A stretch of DNA of 64,000 bases from an uncultured virus (IMG/VR IMGVR_UViG_3300029787_005093). Lineage: Duplodnaviria; Heunggongvirae; Uroviricota; Caudoviricetes. Position 1 is the stretch's first letter. Each line of letters starts with the position of its first letter. The stretch is taken from the IMG/VR virus record IMGVR_UViG_3300029787_005093. One strand, given 5' to 3'. The translations under genes and the position numbers were made by a program. Shown here piece after piece: positions 18,880 through 26,891 of this stretch. The notes beneath the pieces were generated by a model that searched no databases, had not been told where the DNA came from, and saw only the letters and a program-made list of their open reading frames with translations.

Positions 18880-19104
18880 CTACTCAACTCCTTGAGACTC
18901 CTTGGGAAGGAATTCTTTGTTGACATGCCCGCAGTTCTTACAAGCGAAGACTGGGATGGGGATGTAACTTGGTTTTCCGGTTCCTGTGAGGAGTCCAGAG
19001 GCTTTACGAAGGTGGACGACTTGTTCGAAATAGATTCCATTGCACTGTTCACATTTGACTGCAACAGTTTGACTATAATCCAAGTTAGTAGGCGCCTGCA
19101 TCAA
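18880..19104 (-). CDS. Zinc-ribbon protein
   Basis: CEQC and CKNCGH pairs. Confidence 0.7.
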   Translation of the reverse strand: MMQAPTNLDYSQTVAVKCEQCNGIYFEQVVHLRKASGLLTGTGKPSYIPIPVFACKNCGHVNKEFLPKESQGVE

Positions 19105-19113
19105 TAAACTTGT

Positions 19114-19419
19114 TTACAACTTCTTTTTTCTTCCTCTACGAGGCTTTCCTTTAGCAGCTGCTGAGATATCTTTTGATTGTTCTACAACATCCTTGATAGC
19201 TCCTTTTACGTCAGATAGCTCCTCTTTAACTCTTTTGACTCTTCTTTTAGTTTCGGCTACCGTATCGTTGATATCTTCTTTGATATCATCGACTTTGTCT
19301 TCTACTACATCAGGAATATAGTCTTTGTCTCTATCTGCGATAGATCCTTTACTCCAAAAATAGTAATAAACACCTGCTCCAATTGCTAGAATTGCTAGAA
19401 TAATTAAAACTGTTTGCAT
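19114..19419 (-). CDS. Membrane-anchored helical protein
   Basis: N-terminal TM, amphipathic helices, basic tail KGKPRRGRKKK. Confidence 0.6.
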   Translation of the reverse strand: MQTVLIILAILAIGAGVYYYFWSKGSIADRDKDYIPDVVEDKVDDIKEDINDTVAETKRRVKRVKEELSDVKGAIKDVVEQSKDISAAAKGKPRRGRKKKL

Positions 19420-19465
19420 AATTAAAAATATTAAAGGTTATTATTATATATATAAATATACGGAT

Positions 19466-19654
19466 TTAAAGTTCCGTATCAAACTTTTTATTGTAAATTG
19501 CAGTAAGCTTCTTTTTTCTCTTAATCTCACTTGGTTTCATGAAAGCTTGTCTTCTACGACATTCTTTTACAAGGCCAACATTTTTAACTTTTTTCTTAAG
19601 TCTTTTGAGTGCTTGATTAATATTTTCCTTCTTACCTAGTTTTACAATTAGCAT
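19466..19654 (-). CDS. rpsU: Ribosomal protein bS21 (Bacteroidota type)
   Basis: ENINQALKRLKKK, RRRQAFMKPS..KR, Tyr at position 54. Confidence 0.9.
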   Translation of the reverse strand: MLIVKLGKKENINQALKRLKKKVKNVGLVKECRRRQAFMKPSEIKRKKKLTAIYNKKFDTEL

Positions 19655-19659
19655 ATATT

Positions 19660-19692
19660 ATAATATAAGAAGAAATATTCGAACTACCAACT
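19660..19692 (-). promoter_or_regulatory. Repeated promoter upstream of rpsU
   Basis: AGTTG-N20-TATATTAT. Confidence 0.7.
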
Positions 19693-19702
19693 ATTTTTAA
19701 AT

Positions 19703-20395
19703 TTATATTCCTAATCTGTTTAATTTAATCTCATCCGATACCATATGAGAATTGTATTTTATAGAATGTATTATAAAATTAACAAATTCTTTTGGAGAAA
19801 TAAACTTACTATACTCTTCTTTATTTATAGCTCTTCCCATTGGAGTTTGCATACCACCTGGTGAGAAACAATATGTTCTAATTCCATCAACTTTAAGTTC
19901 TTGTTGTAATGAACGTGATATTCCTAAAATAGCATGTTTAGTAGCACAATAAAGAGTATTTTTCGAAGTACCTACATATGCTGAGTTAGATCCTATATTA
20001 ATTATTCTACCCCATTTATGTTTTTTCATATCCTTTGAAAATTCTTTCATTAACAAAAAAGGTGCTTTAACATTTACGTTAAATATTTTATCAAAATCTT
20101 CATTTGATAGTTCATTAAGATTATCTGAGATAAATATTCCTGCACAATTTACTAAAACATCAATAGTACCAATTGTATTTCTAATATGAGATGTTAATAC
20201 TTTAATTCCTGTATTGAAATCATTTTCTATATATTCACATTCTAGTTCTTCTCCAAGTAATTCCAACTTATCTATATCTTTACTTGTTATAAATAAATTT
20301 GAACCTTGTTCTTTGAATTGTAAGCATAGTTCTCTTCCTACACCTCCAGTTGCTCCTGTAATTAATATATTTTTGTTTTTTAGAATATTAACCAT
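19703..20395 (-). CDS. Short-chain dehydrogenase/reductase
   Basis: TGATGGVG, VNCAG, YCATK (YxxxK), PGGMQT. Confidence 0.9.
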   Translation of the reverse strand: MVNILKNKNILITGATGGVGRELCLQFKEQGSNLFITSKDIDKLELLGEELECEYIENDFNTGIKVLTSHIRNTIGTIDVLVNCAGIFISDNLNELSNEDFDKIFNVNVKAPFLLMKEFSKDMKKHKWGRIINIGSNSAYVGTSKNTLYCATKHAILGISRSLQQELKVDGIRTYCFSPGGMQTPMGRAINKEEYSKFISPKEFVNFIIHSIKYNSHMVSDEIKLNRLGI

Positions 20396-20858
20396 TTTTT
20401 TTAAAACCTACTTTTTTAAACATTTTTTGAGCTCCTATATTCCAATCATCACAATGTAAGTGAATATTATTTATATCTAAATCTAATGAGTGGCATGCTG
20501 AGGAGACAAATTGTACTGTATGACCTTTTATTCTACCTTTAGTCATAAACATATTATATAGATAATCATTATCAAACCAAACATAACCTATAGGATCTTC
20601 TTTTATTTTTTTAACTTTAGCATAAACAAACATAATATGACCTTGTTCAAAGCGAGTTAGTGCATCTTGAAAGTCCCACATACCGTCCCATTCTACTTGC
20701 TTGTTAAATGCATCAATACATTTTTGAATTAATTCATGCCACTTATGGGCATTACCGCTTGTTAACTTTAAAAGACAGTAACCGGTTGGAGGTATACTAC
20801 TCTTAATATCTTTTAAGTTAGCTGAATAATATAATTTAGAGGATTTCATCGCAAGCAA
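20388..20858 (-). CDS. GNAT-like acetyltransferase
   Basis: IGYVWF, WNIGAQKMFKKVGF (N..A..FY.K.GF motif). Confidence 0.55.
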   Translation of the reverse strand: MLAMKSSKLYYSANLKDIKSSIPPTGYCLLKLTSGNAHKWHELIQKCIDAFNKQVEWDGMWDFQDALTRFEQGHIMFVYAKVKKIKEDPIGYVWFDNDYLYNMFMTKGRIKGHTVQFVSSACHSLDLDINNIHLHCDDWNIGAQKMFKKVGFKKNG

Positions 20859-21063
20859 CCTGTAAACCTAATAATAGAGAGTGGGAACGATATTCTTTCA
20901 TTACCTCAGCTGCTCTAGTTTGTATTTCTACTATTTTTCCTGCTTTCGTAGCACGAGTCATTAATGCATATATTTGATCATCCCTTCTATCCTCAGGACT
21001 TTTATCTAGTCCAAAGTTTTCATCTTCTATTAACTCATAATACTTTTTAACTGAATCTGACAT
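20836..21063 (-). CDS. Hypothetical protein
   Basis: ORF in operon context. Confidence 0.5.
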   Translation of the reverse strand: MSDSVKKYYELIEDENFGLDKSPEDRRDDQIYALMTRATKAGKIVEIQTRAAEVMKEYRSHSLLLGLQVACDEIL

Positions 21064-21193
21064 TCTTGTGTTTTTCTTTGCGGTTATACTTATTTTTATC
21101 TCCGTGATCTTTTTGTATCATCCTACGTCTCGCGAGTTGAGAGAGTTCTCCTATCGAGTATTTTTCCGATCCTATATTATCACTCTTTTTCAT
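21047..21193 (-). CDS. Small basic protein (48 aa) with ArfA-like C-terminus; not in the ORF track
   Basis: MKKSDNIGSEKYSIGELSQLARRRMIQKDHGDKNKYNRKEKHKNVRFS; starts directly after a motif promoter. Confidence 0.55.
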   Translation of the reverse strand: MKKSDNIGSEKYSIGELSQLARRRMIQKDHGDKNKYNRKEKHKNVRFS

Positions 21194-21199
21194 TATTAA

Positions 21200-21231
21200 T
21201 AAATATACGAAAAATATCAATGAGAAGCAAA
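21200..21231 (-). promoter_or_regulatory. Repeated promoter TTTG-N20-TATATTTA
   Basis: Close match to the Bacteroidota consensus. Confidence 0.7.
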
Positions 21232-21250
21232 TTTGTACGTATTTATTATC

Positions 21251-21640
21251 ATGAAACAGCTCCTATTTTTATTATTACTTCCTGTTGTATCATACTCACA
21301 ATTTTCATTTCCTAACTTTAAAGAACAAGATAAGCAATTACATTTTGCTGCAGGCATGATTACCGGGGCTGCTGGTTATTCTTTTATCTACAATAAAACT
21401 AATAATAAAAAACACGCTATATTGGGTGGTATTGCAACTTCTTTAGCTGCCGGTATTGGTAAAGAACTTTTTGATTCTGCTATTATGGGCAATAAAATAG
21501 ATGATCAAGATCTTATAGCAACCGTTTTGGGAGGTATAACTATAAATGTAACTATACCTTTATTTAAAAAAAGAAAATCGAAATATAAACAATTAGATAA
21601 GGTAATTGGAGGATATAAGTATTGGTTAGGAGACAAATAG
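21251..21640 (+). CDS. YfiM/DUF2279-like membrane protein
   Basis: Signal peptide from ATG at 21251, DKQLHF, GKEL.D, DL.A...GG motifs. Confidence 0.55.
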   Translation: MKQLLFLLLLPVVSYSQFSFPNFKEQDKQLHFAAGMITGAAGYSFIYNKTNNKKHAILGGIATSLAAGIGKELFDSAIMGNKIDDQDLIATVLGGITINVTIPLFKKRKSKYKQLDKVIGGYKYWLGDK

Positions 21641-21654
21641 TTAACTTTCCAATA

Positions 21655-21692
21655 TTAAGAGAAGTTTAAGAGAAGTTTAAGGAATTATTACC
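21655..21692 (+). repeat. 11-bp-period direct repeats (TTAAG x3, TTACC)
   Basis: ttaagagaagt ttaagagaagt ttaaggaatta ttacc. Confidence 0.75.
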
Positions 21693-21722
21693 TATTTATA
21701 ATAGATATAAATAATTCCCACT

Positions 21723-21959
21723 ATGAAGAGAGCACTAATATTAGGCTTGCTGTTATTCGGGATGAATGCTCAAGCCGATCCAAAGAGCGATCCGCTCACG
21801 GAAACTAAAAAAAAGCAATTAGAACTTCTTAAAAAAGCAAAGTACTATGAGATTCAAGCAAAACTTGTCGCTGAACAAATTACTTTAAAAGAAGCTCAAG
21901 AGCTATGGAGTAAAAATCTTAAACGTTTAGAACGTAAAGTAAAGAAAGAGGCAGTTTAG
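21723..21959 (+). CDS. Small secreted protein
   Basis: Signal peptide ending AQA; helical and basic. Confidence 0.55.
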   Translation: MKRALILGLLLFGMNAQADPKSDPLTETKKKQLELLKKAKYYEIQAKLVAEQITLKEAQELWSKNLKRLERKVKKEAV

Positions 21960-21973
21960 CCTCTTTTTTTTTT
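21945..21973 (+). terminator. Rho-independent terminator
   Basis: AAAGAGGC-AGTTTA-GCCTCTTT followed by a T-run. Confidence 0.8.
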
Positions 21974-22039
21974 GTTTTTTAGAATTCGCGCGTGGCAGAA
22001 AGAAAAACGCCCCCTCACAGCAGCGCACTTGCTATTAAT

Positions 22040-22741
22040 CTAAATAAAATCACTACCGTTATATAAAGTTTTAGTAGGGTAAGTATCAAAATCTAGAGGT
22101 TTTAAATCTTCTTTAAAATGTTTCCAAAAAGCGATTGTAAATTCTTCATTACTATACCAATGATTACGTATAGGAGATCTTATAAAAGACCATAGAAATT
22201 CATCATCTTTATCTGGGAATTTATTTTTTAAGTAATTCCAAGTAAAACTATGTATTGGTTTTGCGTCCATATTATAATCATTCCATATAGAAGGTATAAT
22301 AGCTATTTTTTTAGTAGGAACTTCTTTAAATAATTTATTTATAATTAAATAGATTAAAGCTTCTCCTTTTATTTTTTGCTCTTCATCATTATACAAATAT
22401 GTTATATAATCCTTATAAGCTTTTGTTTGTTCTGGGGTCTGGAGGTTCATTGGAATAATTTTCATTTCATCTGCTATTTTCATAACATTAAAGAAATTAC
22501 CGTTAAACCTATCTCTAGTATAGCTAGTAACACAGAAAAGGATCCTATCATTTTCTTTAATAAGATCCTTAACTTTTATAATCTGATAGTAAGTTTGCAG
22601 TAACGATGATCCTCCTTGTCCGAGAGAACCTAAATCTAAGTTACAATGTTTTCTAATAGTAGAAATCCAGTTGGAGTCATACTCACAGTAACTATCGCCG
22701 AAGCACCATAATTTAGATCGCTGCATTGGCATATTTTTCAA
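22040..22741 (-). CDS. SGNH/GDSL-like protein
   Basis: FGDSY block I, G.GGSS block II, late NH motif. Confidence 0.45.
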   Translation of the reverse strand: MKNMPMQRSKLWCFGDSYCEYDSNWISTIRKHCNLDLGSLGQGGSSLLQTYYQIIKVKDLIKENDRILFCVTSYTRDRFNGNFFNVMKIADEMKIIPMNLQTPEQTKAYKDYITYLYNDEEQKIKGEALIYLIINKLFKEVPTKKIAIIPSIWNDYNMDAKPIHSFTWNYLKNKFPDKDDEFLWSFIRSPIRNHWYSNEEFTIAFWKHFKEDLKPLDFDTYPTKTLYNGSDFI

Positions 22742-23186
22742 GTAGCCAAGAAGACGATTGAACTTTTTTACCTAAGTTCCAAATCAAGCCGATATTCATA
22801 GAATCACAATAGTCCTCTTCCGGAACTTTGCCTTGAATTCTATCACCACCGTTACCAAATACCATTTCTCCTTTTTCAGGAGCTTTATTATGCTGTCTCA
22901 TAAACTCATTATGTGCAGCATAAATACCATCGGTTACGGTCATATCACCAGCTATTCTTGGATAACAAATAAAAGTTTTGGTAACGCCTTGAATTTGAGA
23001 CATAATATACTCTCTTTCACTCTCCTTCATGAACTTTTTACCTTTTTTTCGTTCGAGCCATCTATCATTATTTAAGATAACCCATACCTCTTCTCCTACT
23101 TCTCTAGCAGCTTCAATCATCTGAAGGTGACCTTTATGTACTGGATCAAAACCTCCGCTAACTAATACTACCTTATGCTTTTTCAT
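22713..23186 (-). CDS. Cytidylyltransferase-family (HIGH) nucleotidyltransferase
   Basis: SGGFDPVHKGH, KKG, NGGDR, KVQSSS. Confidence 0.85.
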   Translation of the reverse strand: MKKHKVVLVSGGFDPVHKGHLQMIEAAREVGEEVWVILNNDRWLERKKGKKFMKESEREYIMSQIQGVTKTFICYPRIAGDMTVTDGIYAAHNEFMRQHNKAPEKGEMVFGNGGDRIQGKVPEEDYCDSMNIGLIWNLGKKVQSSSWLLEKYANAAI

Positions 23187-23356
23187 TACACTTTATCTGC
23201 TGATACTGATGCTTTTCTATAATCGGTTACTAATTTTTTAACTTCTCCGATAGCAGCTCTAGCTCTTCTTTGAGAAGCTTTAGTTGTACCGTTGTGTTCG
23301 CTTTCGAATGTTTCAAAATGTGAAACAATTTGTTCAAATAATTCTTGTTTATTCAT
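23186..23356 (-). CDS. Histone H1-like (Hc1-family) protein, 56 aa; not in the ORF track
   Basis: MNKQELFEQIVSHFETFESEHNGTTKASQRRARAAIGEVKKLVTDYRKASVSADKV; KA..RAR.....K....RK.S pattern. Confidence 0.7.
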   Translation of the reverse strand: MNKQELFEQIVSHFETFESEHNGTTKASQRRARAAIGEVKKLVTDYRKASVSADKV

Positions 23357-23374
23357 AATTTAAATTTAAGTTTA

Positions 23375-25030
23375 TTATTGCATCATCATACTTGGATCAA
23401 TTCCAGGTACGGCTGGTGCGTTTTCTTCTTTAATATTAGTTACTAATGCTTCGGTAGTTAACATTGTACCTGCTACACTAGCAGCATTTTCTAAAGCTAA
23501 TCTAGTAACTTTAGTAGGATCTATCAACCCTTCTTTAAACATATCTACATATTGGTTAGTTCTAGTATTAAAACCTAACCATTTATTTTTATTAGTTTCT
23601 ACTTCTTTTCTATATGCGTTAATATCTACTTCCATTATACCAGCATTTTCTAATATCTGTTCGAATGGTTTAGCACAAGATTCTAATAATGTAGTAAAAC
23701 CTATAGCTTCATTTTCGTTTTCAGTATAACTCCATAGTTCTGGATCGTCGTATAGTTTTTTACTAGCTTTTAGTAATGCTATACCTCCTCCAGGTAAAAA
23801 TCCTTCTTCTAAAGCAGCTTTAGTAGCATGTAGAGCATCATCAACTCTATCTTTTCTTTCTTTCATTTCAACTTCTGTCATACCTCCTACATAAACTATA
23901 GCTACTCCTCCAATAAATTTAGCTAATCTATCTTGTAAAGTTTCTTTTTCATAAGGTGAAGTAGTATTATCTACTTGATTCTGTATTTCTTTTACTCTAT
24001 TTTCAATCTTTTCTTGATCTCCATTAGCATCTATTATAGTAGTACTCTCTTTTCCTACTGTAACTTTTTTAGCTGATCCTAACCAGTCAGGTTGAAACTT
24101 ATCTAATCTCATTCCTTTTTCAGAAGAAACTACAGTACCGTTAGTTAAAATTGCAATATCTTCAAGCATTGCTTTTTTTCTATCACCAAATTGAGGTGCT
24201 TTTACTGCTACACATCCTAATATACCTCTCATCTTATTAACTACTAAAGTAGAAAGAGCTTCTCCATCTATATCATCTGCAATAATTAATAATGATTTAT
24301 TTTGATTAGAACAACCTTCTAATATAGGAAGTAATTCTTTTACTTGAGTTAGCTTTTTATCTGTAATTAATATTAACGGATTTTGAAGAACAGCCTGCAT
24401 AGAACTATTATCAGTAACAAAATATGGAGATTTATAACCTCTGTCGAATTGCATACCTTCAACTGTTTCTAAATATGTATCTCCTGTTTTAGACTCTTCA
24501 ATCGTAACGACACCATCACGACCTACTTTATCCATGGCTGTGGAAATTAACTCCCCTACTTCGGGGTCATTGTTAGCTGAAATAGTAGCTATTTGCTTTA
24601 GCTGCTCTTCATCCGTAATTTCTTTAGATACTTCTTCTAATGTATCTATAACTTTAGTTGTTGCTTTATCAATTCCTCTTTTTAAATCTACTAAGTTAAC
24701 TGTAGGTTCTTTAGATGCTTCAAGTCCTTTTTTGTATATAGATGAAGCTAATAAAGTAGAAGTAGTAGTACCATCTCCAGCTGCATCAGCAGTCTTAATG
24801 GATGCTTGTTTAACTAACTGTGCTCCTATATTTTCTTCTATATCTTCTAACTCAATGCTCTTAGCTACGGTTACTCCATCTTTAGTAGATTGAGGAAAGC
24901 CTTGTTTTTGCTCTATAATAACATTTCTACCTGAAGGTCCTAATGTTGCTGTAACTGCTTTCGATAACTTATCAACGCCAGTAACTAATTTTTCTCTAGC
25001 GTCATTTGAAAAACTTATTTTATTACTCAT
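23375..25030 (-). CDS. groL: Chaperonin GroEL
   Basis: TLGPSGRNV, TKDGVTVAK, GDGTTT, EGMQFDRGY, IDPTKVTR. Confidence 0.97.
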   Translation of the reverse strand: MSNKISFSNDAREKLVTGVDKLSKAVTATLGPSGRNVIIEQKQGFPQSTKDGVTVAKSIELEDIEENIGAQLVKQASIKTADAAGDGTTTSTLLASSIYKKGLEASKEPTVNLVDLKRGIDKATTKVIDTLEEVSKEITDEEQLKQIATISANNDPEVGELISTAMDKVGRDGVVTIEESKTGDTYLETVEGMQFDRGYKSPYFVTDNSSMQAVLQNPLILITDKKLTQVKELLPILEGCSNQNKSLLIIADDIDGEALSTLVVNKMRGILGCVAVKAPQFGDRKKAMLEDIAILTNGTVVSSEKGMRLDKFQPDWLGSAKKVTVGKESTTIIDANGDQEKIENRVKEIQNQVDNTTSPYEKETLQDRLAKFIGGVAIVYVGGMTEVEMKERKDRVDDALHATKAALEEGFLPGGGIALLKASKKLYDDPELWSYTENENEAIGFTTLLESCAKPFEQILENAGIMEVDINAYRKEVETNKNKWLGFNTRTNQYVDMFKEGLIDPTKVTRLALENAASVAGTMLTTEALVTNIKEENAPAVPGIDPSMMMQ

Positions 25031-25032
25031 AT

Positions 25033-25338
25033 TTATTTTTTTGATTCTTTAATTACTGCTAAAATTTCTTTATCTTGTGCGATTAAGTATTCTTCTCCTT
25101 CAAAGTCAATACGTAAAGTACCTATTTTAGGTATTAGTACTACATCTCCTACTTTACAAGATCTAACCGTAATCATTTGACCGAATTCAGATAATCGGCC
25201 TGGTCCTATTGATACTACAGTTCCCATTTCAGGTTTTTCTTTACCCATATCAGGCACTACTATAGAACCGTACATTTGCTCTCCATCGTCAATAGGTTTT
25301 ATTATTATCCTATCGTTACAAGGGTTTAATTTTTTCAT
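25033..25338 (-). CDS. groS: Co-chaperonin GroES
   Basis: P..DRIII, KEKP..GTVVSIGPG, KVGDVV, EILAVI. Confidence 0.93.
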   Translation of the reverse strand: MKKLNPCNDRIIIKPIDDGEQMYGSIVVPDMGKEKPEMGTVVSIGPGRLSEFGQMITVRSCKVGDVVLIPKIGTLRIDFEGEEYLIAQDKEILAVIKESKK

Positions 25339-25359
25339 ATTTAGATAACTTTTATTTAA

Positions 25360-25392
25360 TTAATATAATAAAAATAAATGAGGGATCCAACT
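25360..25392 (-). promoter_or_regulatory. Repeated promoter upstream of groES
   Basis: AGTTG-N20-TATATTAA. Confidence 0.7.
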
Positions 25393-25407
25393 CCAGAATG
25401 GATTATT

Positions 25408-25818
25408 TTAGCTAATTTTCAAAGTTTTTGGCTCTGATCCTTTAGCAAAAGGGATTATAACTTGCAACAAGCCGTTTTTAAATTCAGCAGTTGCTTTTGA
25501 AAGGTTAAACTTACTATCAATCTTCCAACCTAAGTTAAAAGAACGTTTAGCAATACCTTTATGGATAAACTCTCCTCTATCCTCTTCTTCTGGTTTGTCG
25601 TAATTTACGCGAATAATATTACCCTCTATTTGTATTTCAATATCTTCTTTTGAGATCCCGGTACAGGCAATGTCGAGGCCTAGACCGCTTTCTTTTTCGT
25701 AAATATCTACTGGGTGGGGTAATTTGGATTCTGCCAACGGTCGGTATGTGTTGGCTTCTTGGAAAAAATTCCTAACTAAAATGTCGAACGGATTACGTTC
25801 ATAAAATAATGTACTCAT
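25408..25818 (-). CDS. Small heat-shock protein Hsp20
   Basis: PVDIYE, HKGIAKRSF, A.FKNGLL alpha-crystallin motifs. Confidence 0.9.
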   Translation of the reverse strand: MSTLFYERNPFDILVRNFFQEANTYRPLAESKLPHPVDIYEKESGLGLDIACTGISKEDIEIQIEGNIIRVNYDKPEEEDRGEFIHKGIAKRSFNLGWKIDSKFNLSKATAEFKNGLLQVIIPFAKGSEPKTLKIS

Positions 25819-25896
25819 ATCATTAAAATTTGTGATGCCCTAAGGTCATCGGTTAAACAATTTTGAAAAATCTCTCTGGAGTCGATCCTTCATATA

Positions 25897-25929
25897 TAAA
25901 TATAGGTAAAAAACCTTTTATAGGCAACT
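25897..25929 (-). promoter_or_regulatory. Repeated promoter upstream of hsp20
   Basis: AGTTG-N20-TATATTTA. Confidence 0.7.
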
Positions 25930-26881
25930 ATTCCCAAGAAAAGTTTTGACCCATATGACCCCATTCGGCTGTTTTACTAAATTTAGGTTTCTTTAAATCT
26001 AATAATTTAACAATACCTTTAGGGGATAAATCATAATCAGAAATAATCGTCTCTTTACCGTCAACTAATGCTGTAGCTTGTAAAGGTTGATCATATCCAA
26101 TTGCATAAGCTAAAGTTACATATACTTCTTTAGCATTAAATTTTTTTAAATAGTCAACTGCTACTTTTCTAGCAGCATATGCAGCAGACCTATCTACTTT
26201 CGAACTATCTTTTCCGGAAAAAGCACCTCCTCCTAATGGAATTCTAGGACCATAATTATCTACTGCTAATTTTCTACCAGTTAATCCTGTATCAGCAGTA
26301 AAACCTCCTATATCCCAATCACCAGCAGGATTACAATGAACATCTAAAACTGAATACATAGTAGGCATAAAGAAGTTAGTAATTATTTTTCCTAATTCAG
26401 CTGCTGGAGCATTTTGAAAAGAAGCTACTACCCTAACTTGATTATGTTGATTCAATGTAATTTGGGTTTTGCCATCATAAGGATACTTTTTGTATATCTC
26501 CTTACATAATTTTCTAGCCAAGTAGTACTCTTGAGGTACCATTTCATCGTTGTCGTTACATGCATAACCTATCATAATACCTTGATCGCCAGCACCTCCA
26601 GTATCTACTCCTTGAGATATTTCTGGTGATTGCTTAACTATATTAACTTGAACACCAATATCTTCATCTTTATATACTGATCTAACTATATCAGGTATTT
26701 CTACATATGCTTTTGTAGTTAATTCTCCAGTGACCGAAATAATTCCATGGCCACCCATTGTTTCTACTGCTACTCTTGAATCTGGGTCTTGTTCTAAACA
26801 AGCATCTAAAATAGCATCAGATATCCTATCACATATTTTATCAGGATGTTTTGGTGTAATACACTCTGCTGTTCTTATCAT
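25928..26881 (-). CDS. metK: S-adenosylmethionine synthetase (compact)
   Basis: HPDKICDRISD, GAGDQG, DGKTQ, GLTGRK, GGGAFSGKD.SKVDRS. Confidence 0.95.
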   Translation of the reverse strand: MIRTAECITPKHPDKICDRISDAILDACLEQDPDSRVAVETMGGHGIISVTGELTTKAYVEIPDIVRSVYKDEDIGVQVNIVKQSPEISQGVDTGGAGDQGIMIGYACNDNDEMVPQEYYLARKLCKEIYKKYPYDGKTQITLNQHNQVRVVASFQNAPAAELGKIITNFFMPTMYSVLDVHCNPAGDWDIGGFTADTGLTGRKLAVDNYGPRIPLGGGAFSGKDSSKVDRSAAYAARKVAVDYLKKFNAKEVYVTLAYAIGYDQPLQATALVDGKETIISDYDLSPKGIVKLLDLKKPKFSKTAEWGHMGQNFSWE

Positions 26882-26891
26882 ATTATCATTT

